From a virus (lineage: Duplodnaviria > Caudoviricetes), in the IMG/VR virus record IMGVR_UViG_3300025528_000017, positions 1-37,781 of that record: DNA of 37,781 nt. One strand, given 5' to 3'. Below, one piece after another: positions 8,568-16,780 of this stretch. How positions within the stretch are numbered: position 1 is the first letter of the stretch; every line of letters begins with the position of its first letter. The notes below the pieces were generated by a model. The model did no database searches, had not been told where the DNA came from, and was given only the letters and a program-made list of their open reading frames with translations. The translations under genes and the position numbers were made by a program.

Positions 8568-8653
8568 GTTGCGGCAGAGAGTTCCTGCTGGCTGCGGGCC
8601 GAGGGGCGATCCGACAGGCAAGGTTTCACACCTTTGAGACAGGAGTTACCGCA

Positions 8654-10402
8654 GTGAAGTTCACCCTGCCCGATCAGTTGCCCGTCACTGTCGCCGAGCT
8701 GGACGAACTAGCCGACCAGGCGACCAAAGAGATCCGCGTGTACCAGACCCGCCACGAAGCTGGCGACGAGCTGTCGGTCGAGGACGCCGAACGGTTGGAG
8801 TACCTGCTGGATTCGCGGGACAAGATCATCGCGGCCCGCGACGAGGCCGCCAGCGCCGAGCAGGACCACACCAGCCGGCTGGCCAGCCTGCTGGACCGAG
8901 CCAACGCCCCGGCCGCCGAGGAGTCTGCTGAGGACACCACCGACGCGGACAGCGACGACGCCAGCGAGTCCGGCGAGGTTATCGCCGAAGCCGAGCAGAT
9001 CACCGAGGAAGCCGCCGAGGAGCAGCAGGCGGTTGCCGCGTCCGCGCAGCGTCCCGTGACGTTCGCCGGAGCCGCACCAGCGGATCAGCTGCCTGACGCC
9101 GCGGAGAACACCGGTGAGCCTGCCAAGCGATGGGAGCTGCTGCCATCGGCGCCGCGGTACGCCAACTTCGGCACCGAGAAGGTCACCTCCCGGGAGATCG
9201 CGCTGGCGATCGATTCCGTGAAGCCCGGGCAGCGCACCGGGATGCAGCCGACCGGCCGCCGTGATCTGGCCGGCGTGGCGTTCGCCACCCAGGCGATCGC
9301 GAAGATGGAACGCCCGCACGGCACGATCATCGAAGACCCGCAGCAGCTGCACGTGGCGCTGGACCGTCTCGCCGACGAGATCCCCGGCCACGGTGCGGTG
9401 TCCGCGCAGACGCTGGTCGCATCCGGCGGCTGGTGCGCACCCAGCGAGCAGCTGTACGACTTCTGCGATACTCCGGCCGCGGCGAACCTGATCTCGCTGC
9501 CGGAGATCACGATCCGCCGTGGCGGCATCCGGTTCCCCGCCGAGCCGGATTTCTCCGAGCTGCTGACCGGGTTCCACTTCACTGAGACGGAGCTGGAAGC
9601 CACCGACCAAGACGGCAATCCGACGGCGATCAAGGATTGCGTCGAGGTGCCCTGCCCCGACGAGATGGTCGAGTACCGGCTCGAGGCGATCGGCTGGTGC
9701 GTCAAGGCCGGGATCCTGCAGCGGCAGGGTTGGCCGGAGCTGATCCAGAAGTTCATTGACGAATTCCTGGTCGCGCACCAGTACCGGGTGTCGGCGCTGA
9801 CGGTGTCAAAGATGGTTGCGGCGTCGGTGGCGAAGACCGTTCCGACCGATGCGGTGCTGGGCGCCACCTCGGGTGTGCTCAACGGTCTGCACGTGCAGGC
9901 GCGAAACCTGCAGCTCAAGGCTCGCAAGGCCACCATCGAAGGCGTCGCGCCGGTGTGGTTCCGCGACGTGCTGCGGGCCGACCTCGCCCTGCGCGAGGGC
10001 CTGGACGTGCTGGCCGTGACCGACGCGCAGATCGACAACTGGCTCGCGGTACGCGGTATCTACCTGCAGTACGAGCACACCTGGCAGTCCCTCGATGAGG
10101 GCAAGCCCGGGCACCTGGACACCACGTGGTGGCCGGACAGCGTGCAGGTGCTGCTGTACCCGGCCGGCGCGTTCTTCCGCAGCCTGGACAACGTCATCAC
10201 GCTCGGCGTCCAGTACCCGATGGAGCAGGTGCAGCAGAACCGCTATACGCACGGGTTCGTCGAGGATGCGTTCCTCGTCGGGAAGCGGTGCGACCCGTCG
10301 CTGCTGGTGACTGTGCCGTTGTGCGTCAACGGCGCTGTCGGCGCGCGGGAGCAGATCGTCTGCACAGGAGCTGACAACGGTTCGGGTGAGGGCGAAGGCT
10401 AA
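8654..10402 (+). CDS. Major capsid (hexamer) protein with N-terminal scaffold-like region
   Basis: AGGAG RBS before GTG 8654; acidic coiled-coil N-terminus; LVASGGWCAPSEQLYDFC and LPEITIRRGGIRF motifs of B-type capsids. Confidence 0.9.
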   Translation: MKFTLPDQLPVTVAELDELADQATKEIRVYQTRHEAGDELSVEDAERLEYLLDSRDKIIAARDEAASAEQDHTSRLASLLDRANAPAAEESAEDTTDADSDDASESGEVIAEAEQITEEAAEEQQAVAASAQRPVTFAGAAPADQLPDAAENTGEPAKRWELLPSAPRYANFGTEKVTSREIALAIDSVKPGQRTGMQPTGRRDLAGVAFATQAIAKMERPHGTIIEDPQQLHVALDRLADEIPGHGAVSAQTLVASGGWCAPSEQLYDFCDTPAAANLISLPEITIRRGGIRFPAEPDFSELLTGFHFTETELEATDQDGNPTAIKDCVEVPCPDEMVEYRLEAIGWCVKAGILQRQGWPELIQKFIDEFLVAHQYRVSALTVSKMVAASVAKTVPTDAVLGATSGVLNGLHVQARNLQLKARKATIEGVAPVWFRDVLRADLALREGLDVLAVTDAQIDNWLAVRGIYLQYEHTWQSLDEGKPGHLDTTWWPDSVQVLLYPAGAFFRSLDNVITLGVQYPMEQVQQNRYTHGFVEDAFLVGKRCDPSLLVTVPLCVNGAVGAREQIVCTGADNGSGEGEG

Positions 10403-10426
10403 GGCTAAGCCGGCCGCGGATGAGCG

Positions 10427-10473
10427 AGGCGGGCAGCGTGAATCTCTCCGAGGCGGTTCACGTCTGCCCGCCT
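10427..10473 (+). other. Long intergenic stem-loop between the two capsid genes
   Basis: AGGCGGGCAG-CGTGAA pairs with TTCACG-t-CTGCCCGCCT (16 bp, one bulge); no U-tract. Confidence 0.7.
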
Positions 10474-10498
10474 TCCCCAATCTGAGAGGACGGGACGT

Positions 10499-11293
10499 AT
10501 GACTACCGCGCTGATGCCGGTGCAGTTCGACGCGCCGCTGGTCAACCCAGCGCCCAACGGATTGTTCGCCGCGGTGATTTGGCAGCCGTGGGAGGGTCCG
10601 CTGCGGTTCCTCGAGGGCGTCGACATCACCGTGTTCAACTACGGCGGCGCCGAATCGTTCGGGGTGTGGCGAGCCGACTGGTGCTCCACCTCAAAGGATC
10701 TCGAGCCCACGGATGTGAAAACCGGTGAGCGTCCCACGATGCCGGACACGTTCACGGCGATGACCACCTGGGCATACGACGAGTGCGACCTGACTAAGCG
10801 CAGCCGTGAGGAGGTCCTCACCCGAGCCGAGCAGGTCCACCGGCTGCAGGAACCCAACGCCGCCGAAACCGAGTTCGCCACCCGTCTTTTGGCTGATGCG
10901 GGTGCCGCCGACCCGGCCGCCGACATCACCGCCGCGCTGGCCGCATTGGAGGCTGGGTTGGCGCGCACCAACACCGTAGGCGTGATTCACGCCGGTGCGC
11001 AGTGGGCGGCGCCGGCGGCGCAAGCCGGGCTGATCGTCCGTTCCGGCGCCGGGCTCAAGACACCGCTGGGTCATACGTGGGTGTTCGGCGGTGGCTACGT
11101 CGATGCGCTCGACGATGTGTTGGTGGCGACGTCCCCGGTGTTGGGGTGGCGCGGCCCGGTCGAGGTGCGCGATGCGATGGTGCTGAAGCGCAACCGGTTC
11201 GGAGCGATCGCGGAGCGGTCTCTGGTGCTCGGTTACGAATCCGTGATCGGCGCGGCGGAGATCACGCAGGATCAGGGAAGCGACGTGGAGTGA
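10499..11293 (+). CDS. Major capsid pentamer protein (B-type second capsid protein)
   Basis: 264 aa directly after the hexamer gene, GAGAGGA RBS, TPLGHTWVFGGGY motif; assignment by synteny with cluster B phages. Confidence 0.75.
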   Translation: MTTALMPVQFDAPLVNPAPNGLFAAVIWQPWEGPLRFLEGVDITVFNYGGAESFGVWRADWCSTSKDLEPTDVKTGERPTMPDTFTAMTTWAYDECDLTKRSREEVLTRAEQVHRLQEPNAAETEFATRLLADAGAADPAADITAALAALEAGLARTNTVGVIHAGAQWAAPAAQAGLIVRSGAGLKTPLGHTWVFGGGYVDALDDVLVATSPVLGWRGPVEVRDAMVLKRNRFGAIAERSLVLGYESVIGAAEITQDQGSDVE

Positions 11294-11294
11294 C

Positions 11295-11654
11295 ATGCCT
11301 GCCGGTGTTGAGGTCACCGTCGTTGACGGGTTCGCCACGATCGATTTCGTGGACCGGTCCAAACGGGGACCAGGGCTGGCGGCGCTGCTCGAGGTGTGCG
11401 GCCCGGATCTGGTGCAGACGCTGACCCGGGAGGGCCCGCGACGGCTGTACCGGGTGCCGGAGGGCAACGCTCGAGCAGCGGGGCTGCTCGACGTACCAGC
11501 GCAGCCCGCTCCGACCGCGCCGGATCGCCGTGCGCCCGACGACAGCTGGAGCCGCGCGGAGTTGAACGCGTACGCGGTCAGCATCGGCATCGAATCACCG
11601 GAGAAGCTACGAAGCAAGGAAGCGGTCCTCAACGCGATCAGACACGCCGGGTGA
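11295..11654 (+). CDS. Head-associated hypothetical protein with C-terminal HeH/Rho-N-like helical module
   Basis: WSRAELNAYAVSIGI...SKEAVLNAI pattern; tightly packed after the pentamer gene. Confidence 0.75.
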   Translation: MPAGVEVTVVDGFATIDFVDRSKRGPGLAALLEVCGPDLVQTLTREGPRRLYRVPEGNARAAGLLDVPAQPAPTAPDRRAPDDSWSRAELNAYAVSIGIESPEKLRSKEAVLNAIRHAG

Positions 11655-11663
11655 GGTGTCACC

Positions 11664-12074
11664 GTGACGTGGCGACTGGTCCGCGATGACGCGCTGCAGT
11701 TCGTTCAGCTCTACCTGCTGGCCGTGGCCGTGGTTCGCGGCGTCGACTATCTCATCACCCCACCCGGGTCGTCGGCGGTCTTGTACTTCATCGAGCGCGC
11801 CGCGCCGCTGCCGGTGTGGGCGCTGATGTTCATCACCCTCGGCATCGTCGGCATAGCCGGGGAATGGTGGATCGGCTTCGGCGCCAGCCCGCATCGGTGG
11901 CTGGCGTCCTACGTAGCGCACGCCGCGCTGGCCAGCGTCTACACCGCCGTCGGCGTCGGTGCGCTGATCGAAATCTTCAGCCGACAACCGATCTACGGAT
12001 TCCGCACCCCTGTCGAATGGCTGCTCCTCGCAGCCATGCACGCGATATTCGTGCGGAGGAGAGAGCGTGTCTGA
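11664..12074 (+). CDS. Membrane protein with about 4 TM helices (holin-like)
   Basis: Four hydrophobic segments, basic C-terminus (RRRERV), GAGGTG RBS. Confidence 0.75.
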   Translation: MTWRLVRDDALQFVQLYLLAVAVVRGVDYLITPPGSSAVLYFIERAAPLPVWALMFITLGIVGIAGEWWIGFGASPHRWLASYVAHAALASVYTAVGVGALIEIFSRQPIYGFRTPVEWLLLAAMHAIFVRRRERV

Positions 12075-12555
12075 CCCGGAACGCGTGTTGTTGTCGGACC
12101 TCCCGCCATCCCTGCTGCTGATTCTCGCGATCGTGGTGTTCCTGGCATACACGCTGCCGCGAATCGCGGAAGCATCAGAGGCGGCGGCCAAACTGCTCGG
12201 ACCGATCGGCCGGTACTGGCGCGAACGAGGATTGACCCGCGCTGAACAGCGCCGCGCCGAAGTGCAGCGTGAAGCCCGCCAGTTGGCGAAAGCGATTGTC
12301 GCCGAGGTCACCCCGCCGGACTACGCCGAGATGGAACGCCGGCTGGCAAACATGGACCGCCGGATCAAGGTGCTCGAAGAATCCGATCAAATTCAGCGGG
12401 CCTACATCATCTACGACGAGCACTGGCACTTCGCCGACGAGATGGCCGCTGTCCGAAACCCCGAATGCACACCGGCGCCCAGGTACACGTTCGACCAGTT
12501 CAAGGAGCGGTGGCGCCAGGGCTGGCGGCCCGGCCGGCCATCCCCACAGCACTGA
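12067..12555 (+). CDS. Single-TM membrane protein with coiled coil
   Basis: N-terminal hydrophobic helix followed by a charged helical region; overlaps the upstream gene. Confidence 0.8.
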   Translation: MSDPERVLLSDLPPSLLLILAIVVFLAYTLPRIAEASEAAAKLLGPIGRYWRERGLTRAEQRRAEVQREARQLAKAIVAEVTPPDYAEMERRLANMDRRIKVLEESDQIQRAYIIYDEHWHFADEMAAVRNPECTPAPRYTFDQFKERWRQGWRPGRPSPQH

Positions 12556-12566
12556 CCGGTCGGATG

Positions 12567-12585
12567 CACCCACCCCTCTTACTGT
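12567..12585 (+). promoter_or_regulatory. CACCC-N8-TANNNT promoter motif, leadered, major tail
   Basis: CACCC acccctct TACTGT; leader carries an AGGAGG RBS before ATG 12653. Confidence 0.75.
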
Positions 12586-12652
12586 GCGGATCAGCCTCGG
12601 AGCACCTGAACACCCGGCGCGCAGCGCCCCATAGCAGGAGGACAGCCAGCAC

Positions 12653-13483
12653 ATGGCTCATGCAGTCGTCAAGGGCTACAAGCTCCGCGCAACCAAGGTG
12701 GATTCGTGCGGGCTTCCGATCGAGGGGCCAGCGAACCGGCTCGTCACCGACGGTTTCATCCGAGTGAACCTCGACCCAAACATGCGGGACGCGGAGGAGA
12801 TCGAGCAGGCCAACGCCGCCGGCGAGATTTGCGTCGCTGACCGCACCCCGCCGGAGCGGAAGTGGTGGAACACCGAAATCCAGCTGTGCCGGGTTGATCC
12901 GGACCTCTACGCGCTGGTCGCGTCCTGGGCTCGGGTGCTCGACTACGACGGCAAGCCCATCGGCTTTCGGGACCGCGCCAAGGTCGACACCGATACCGGT
13001 GTGATGTTCGAGCTGTGGACTGGCGGCGACGGCGACGACGACTGCCCGCCGCCGGAGGACGACTCGATCTTCTCCGCGGCGGCTTCCGGACGCCAGTACG
13101 GCTACGTGGCGTTCGCAGGCACGGAGTTCGTATCCGGCCCGCTGACGGTGGAAGCTGCGGCGTCGACGTTCACCCTCACGGGTCGCACGATCGCCCCGAA
13201 GAACTGGGGTCGCGGACCGTACAACGTCGCGGCGATCAACGGGTCCGGCGCGGCGGGTCGGCTGCTGGTGCCGGCCTACGACCCGGACGATGACAACCAC
13301 ATCGTGCACTTCCGCACACCGGTCGCGCCGCCGGAGGTCACCGACGGCGCTGTGCCGCTGGACATCACCAGCACCTTCACGCCCCCGAACTACTACTTCG
13401 GCGGCCCGGGCGGTGAGCCGGCCGCGGACGTGGCGCCGGACCAGCCCGACAACGGTTCCGGTGAGGGTGAGGGCGAAGGATAG
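12653..13483 (+). CDS. Major tail (tube) protein
   Basis: Strong RBS; VKGYKLRATKVDSCG, NAAGEICV and WGRGPYNV resemble B-type major tail proteins; position fits. Confidence 0.88.
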   Translation: MAHAVVKGYKLRATKVDSCGLPIEGPANRLVTDGFIRVNLDPNMRDAEEIEQANAAGEICVADRTPPERKWWNTEIQLCRVDPDLYALVASWARVLDYDGKPIGFRDRAKVDTDTGVMFELWTGGDGDDDCPPPEDDSIFSAAASGRQYGYVAFAGTEFVSGPLTVEAAASTFTLTGRTIAPKNWGRGPYNVAAINGSGAAGRLLVPAYDPDDDNHIVHFRTPVAPPEVTDGAVPLDITSTFTPPNYYFGGPGGEPAADVAPDQPDNGSGEGEGEG

Positions 13484-13500
13484 CCCTGGCCCGCCCGCAG

Positions 13501-14112
13501 GTGACTGAACGGCGGCCGGACACGCTGCTCATGCTCAGCGGGGGCATCGACTCCGCATACTGCCTGTGGCAGCGTGTCCGCGCCGGCCAGTACACCCGTA
13601 CGCACCACGTGTCGTTGGCCGATCACGAAGGCCGGCGCGACGTGGAGGACCGCGCCGTGCAGCAGATCCTGGACTGGATGCGCCGCAACGGTGGCGAGGG
13701 TCTGATCGAGCACACCAGCTCGGCCATGGATTTTCGGGACATGTGGATCCCGAAGAACTTTCACGCCTGGGCTTATTGGGCCGGCGCGATCATGGCCTCA
13801 CCGCGCGGCCAGTCGATCACCACTGTGATCCTGCCCCGGCATTCCGACGCGTTCCGCGGCGGACCCAACTCGCCCGGCGCCCGGAAGTCCGACGCCGCAT
13901 ACCGCGGACACATCAAGCTCATCTGCGGACGCGAGCCGAGGCTGTCGCTGCCGATGGCGCATCTGACGAAGGCCGAAGCGGTGGCGGCGATGCCGGAGGA
14001 TCTGCTGCGGCTGTGCTGGTGGTGCCGACGACCCCGCGCTGGTCAGCCGTGCCACAAGTGCATGACCTGCCGCCAGGTCGATCCAGCATTGGCCGCACGC
14101 TGGCGGCGTTGA
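13501..14112 (+). CDS. QueC-like PP-loop ATPase (7-cyano-7-deazaguanine synthase family, divergent)
   Basis: LLMLSGGIDS PP-loop, PMAHLTKAE, and C-x8-C-x2-C-x2-C Zn site (CRRPRAGQPCHKCMTC). Lacks the canonical YPDC motif. Confidence 0.85.
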   Translation: MTERRPDTLLMLSGGIDSAYCLWQRVRAGQYTRTHHVSLADHEGRRDVEDRAVQQILDWMRRNGGEGLIEHTSSAMDFRDMWIPKNFHAWAYWAGAIMASPRGQSITTVILPRHSDAFRGGPNSPGARKSDAAYRGHIKLICGREPRLSLPMAHLTKAEAVAAMPEDLLRLCWWCRRPRAGQPCHKCMTCRQVDPALAARWRR

Positions 14113-14113
14113 G

Positions 14114-14132
14114 CACCCTCGGTTCGTACCGT
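14114..14132 (+). promoter_or_regulatory. CACCC-N8-TANNNT promoter motif, leaderless, adaptor
   Basis: CACCC tcggttcg TACCGT, 7 nt to ATG 14140. Confidence 0.75.
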
Positions 14133-14139
14133 GAGCGCC

Positions 14140-14898
14140 ATGTCGTGCGACTGGCCAATCGACCGGGCATGCCTGCCCGAGCCTCCGAATCTCGGCGACG
14201 AGCCGACACCTGAGGAGCAGGCCGCCTACGACCTGGCGGTCGCGCAGCGGTCCTCAGCTGAGGACCTGGCCGTGCACGTCCTGTGGGCGCTATCGGGGCG
14301 GCAATTCGGGGTGTGTGAGGCCACGGTGCGGCCATGCCCGCCGTTGGGATATCCGCGGTCGACGTCGATAGCACTCTGGGACGGAACCGGCTGGGCGACT
14401 GCGGGTTGCGGCTGCGTCGGCAACTGTGTGCGGTCGGGTCCGTCGATGGTGCATCTGCCTGGCCCGGTCGCGACGCCGACCGACGACCACCCGCTCGAGG
14501 TCACCATCGCCGGGGAAACCCTCGACCCGGCCGAGTACGTGGTCGAGGGCGATGTCTTGTACCGGGGCGGCGGCAAGTCCTGGCCGGGCCAGAATCTCGC
14601 CCGCCCACTCGGTGAGTCTGGCACATGGTCGGTGACCTACTGGCGCGGTACCCCGGTACCTCCCGGCGTCGACAGGTTGACCGGACTGCTGGCCAAGGAG
14701 TTCCTGGCCGCCTGCCACGGTGATGAGAAGTGCCGCCTGCCGCGCAACGTCGCCCAGATCGCCCGCCAGGGCGTGACATACCGCTACGAGCTGGCGTCGG
14801 TCATCCACGCGGCCGGCAAGACCGGATTACCGGAGGTTGATCTGTGGCTGGCGGCGGTCAACCCCAATAAGCTGGCGGCGGGACCGGTGGTGCTGTGA
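14140..14898 (+). CDS. Head-to-tail adaptor
   Basis: LWALSGRQFGVC..TVRPC, LAKEFLAAC..CRLP, RQGVT and TGLPEVDLWL motifs; position fits. Confidence 0.8.
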   Translation: MSCDWPIDRACLPEPPNLGDEPTPEEQAAYDLAVAQRSSAEDLAVHVLWALSGRQFGVCEATVRPCPPLGYPRSTSIALWDGTGWATAGCGCVGNCVRSGPSMVHLPGPVATPTDDHPLEVTIAGETLDPAEYVVEGDVLYRGGGKSWPGQNLARPLGESGTWSVTYWRGTPVPPGVDRLTGLLAKEFLAACHGDEKCRLPRNVAQIARQGVTYRYELASVIHAAGKTGLPEVDLWLAAVNPNKLAAGPVVL

Positions 14899-15428
14899 CC
14901 GCGCCCCACTGCGTCGATGACGCCAGCGCGGTGGTGAACCAGTTCATCTCGTCCATGCTCAAGGCGTTCGACCCCAACTCGGAGTGCCCACCGCTGGGTG
15001 GCGGGTCGACCACAGTGCGGTTCTTCGCCGGAGATGGTGCTCTGCCATCGTGGAACCCGCACGGAACCGGCTGCGACGAGCCGATGCTGTGGGTGCGGGT
15101 CGCGCACCGCTATCGATCGAAAATCGGGTCGTTTCCAACCGCCTATGTGGGTGACGCATCCTGCGGTAACGCTGACATACGCCGGGCGTTGGCGGTGGAG
15201 GTCGGGGTCGGCCGGTGCACCACGATGGACGCCAACCCGGATTGGGACACTCTGTCGCAGGAAGCCGAGATCAGCTTGGACGACTCGTGGCGGATCGAGC
15301 AAGTCCTGTGCCACGCGGCGAAGCGTCTCCAATCGCCGCAGCGTGCAGTGGCCATCGATACGGTCGCACCGTTCGGGCCCGAAGGCGGACTGATCGCATG
15401 GACAGGCATGGCATACGTCCAACTGTGA
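14895..15428 (+). CDS. Head-tail connector / tail terminator-like protein
   Basis: GTGA overlap with the adaptor; size and position; GPEGGLIAW motif. Confidence 0.6.
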   Translation: MTAPHCVDDASAVVNQFISSMLKAFDPNSECPPLGGGSTTVRFFAGDGALPSWNPHGTGCDEPMLWVRVAHRYRSKIGSFPTAYVGDASCGNADIRRALAVEVGVGRCTTMDANPDWDTLSQEAEISLDDSWRIEQVLCHAAKRLQSPQRAVAIDTVAPFGPEGGLIAWTGMAYVQL

Positions 15429-15438
15429 GGAGCAAACG

Positions 15439-15831
15439 ATGGCGCAGCACGTGACGATCGAGGGAAGCAGGATCACCCCGTCGGACGCGTTGGGCCGCGG
15501 CGAGCGGCGCACCGTGGAACTGACCGACCGCGTGCGACGGTTGATCGCGATCGGCGCCGTCGTGGTCGTTGACGACAATCCGGCTACCGAACCGGTGGAG
15601 CAGGCCGACAGCACGCCAGACGGTGGAGGACTGCTGCCGCCGGGCCCGAACCTCGCTGACTCTGCCGATCTGACGCCGCTCGAACCGCTCATGATCGAGC
15701 CGCCGGCACTCAACGCCAGCCGGCGCGCCTGGGCGGAGTTTCTGACCAGCCGCGGCATCGAGTTCGATGATGATGCGATCCGCGACGACCTGATCGAGAT
15801 CTGGGAGAACCACTCAGGTGGCGACGGTTAG
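15439..15831 (+). CDS. Hypothetical virion-region protein with C-terminal HeH-like module
   Basis: GAGGAG RBS; PPALNASRRAWAEFL...RDDLIEIW. Confidence 0.75.
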   Translation: MAQHVTIEGSRITPSDALGRGERRTVELTDRVRRLIAIGAVVVVDDNPATEPVEQADSTPDGGGLLPPGPNLADSADLTPLEPLMIEPPALNASRRAWAEFLTSRGIEFDDDAIRDDLIEIWENHSGGDG

Positions 15832-16222
15832 AGTCACCTTCCGGCTCGATGAGGCCGCGCTCGATAGCGAGGTCGAGTCGATCGGGCGGCGGCGGCTGGC
15901 GTCGCTGCAGCGCCGCATCGCCACCCAGGCCCGCGCCGACGTTCCGGTGCTGACCGGCCACCTGGGCCGCTCTATCCGGGAGCTTCCGATCAAGGTGTCG
16001 GGGCCACGGGTGGTCACTGGTGGGGTGGAGGCGACCGCCGACTACGCGGCCCCCGTCCATGAAGGCTCGGCGGCGCATGTGATTCGGCCGCGCAAGGCCA
16101 AGGCGTTGCGGTTCCAGATCGGTGGCCGCACGGTGTTCGCCCGGATGGTGCGGCATCCTGGGACGAAGGCACGGCCATTCCTGCGTAACGCGGCCCAGCG
16201 CATCGCTTCCCAAGAGCGCTGA
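15818..16222 (+). CDS. HK97 gp10-like neck / tail completion protein
   Basis: PVLTGHLGRSI, YAAPVHEG and HPGTKARPFLRNA motifs. Confidence 0.8.
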   Translation: MATVRVTFRLDEAALDSEVESIGRRRLASLQRRIATQARADVPVLTGHLGRSIRELPIKVSGPRVVTGGVEATADYAAPVHEGSAAHVIRPRKAKALRFQIGGRTVFARMVRHPGTKARPFLRNAAQRIASQER

Positions 16223-16231
16223 CTGCTGTTG

Positions 16232-16250
16232 CACCCGGGGTCGGCAGGCT
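16232..16250 (+). promoter_or_regulatory. CACCC-N8-(-10) promoter motif, leaderless, chaperone
   Basis: CACCC ggggtcgg CAGGCT, 7 nt to ATG 16258; -10 imperfect. Confidence 0.6.
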
Positions 16251-16257
16251 ACGAGCC

Positions 16258-16755
16258 ATGACCACGTTTGCCTCGGACGGAACCCCCAAACCTGAACCTG
16301 CAGAGCCCCAGCCGGCCGCCGACCCGTCGACCGTCGAGCCTGTCCCGGCCGCCGTCCCCGCGGCCAGCGGCGCCGACACCGGCGAATCGCTGCCCGCTGT
16401 GCAGACCGCAAACACCGACGTCGCCGTCCCGGAGGATGACTGGCCGCACGACTGGCTCGAGTTCAAGGGCGACACGCTCGCCGTTCGCGTCCCGACCCCA
16501 CAGGCTATGGCCGCGCTCTCCCAAGGGCTCGGAAAGTTCATCCCACCGCAGGAGCAGAACGACATCAGCGGGTTGTTCATCGCCCGCCACCTGTCCCCGC
16601 AGGCGTATGCGCGGGTGTTCTCTCGGCTGATGGACCCAGACGACGCCGACTACGACCCGAACACGATCGGGGAGCTCGTCGCGGCGCTGCTCAACGCCGG
16701 TGTGGAGAAGTACAAGCAGCAGACGTGCTCAGCAAATCCAGAGACCTCGGAGTAG
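16258..16755 (+). CDS. Tail assembly chaperone (G-like)
   Basis: Immediately upstream of the tape measure gene; acidic, 165 aa. Confidence 0.75.
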   Translation: MTTFASDGTPKPEPAEPQPAADPSTVEPVPAAVPAASGADTGESLPAVQTANTDVAVPEDDWPHDWLEFKGDTLAVRVPTPQAMAALSQGLGKFIPPQEQNDISGLFIARHLSPQAYARVFSRLMDPDDADYDPNTIGELVAALLNAGVEKYKQQTCSANPETSE

Positions 16756-16774
16756 CACCCTGTCTCGCTAGCTT
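16756..16774 (+). promoter_or_regulatory. CACCC-N8-TANNNT promoter motif, leaderless, tape measure
   Basis: CACCC tgtctcgc TAGCTT, 6 nt to GTG 16781; fills the 25-nt intergenic gap, which has no RBS. Confidence 0.75.
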
Positions 16775-16780
16775 GACCGC

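Noticed and set aside
8328-8629. Short ORFs in the pre-capsid gap (8370..8564 +, 8328..8528 -, 8393..8629 -)
   Set aside because: No RBS or promoter support, atypical codon usage, and they overlap the hairpin or the capsid promoter.
10395-10409. AAGGCT-AAGGCT-AAG micro-duplication at the capsid stop codon
   Set aside because: Too short to distinguish from a chance slippage duplication; no evidence for read-through or frameshift extension.
13501-14112. Calling this gene a canonical queC of a queuosine or 7-deazaguanine DNA-modification cluster
   Set aside because: No partner genes in the window and substrate motifs diverge. Partners could lie outside the window, so it is left as QueC-like.
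16258-16780. Programmed frameshift in the chaperone directly upstream of the tape measure gene
   Set aside because: No slippery heptamer seen near the 3' end, and no room for a T-frame extension before the TMP start.
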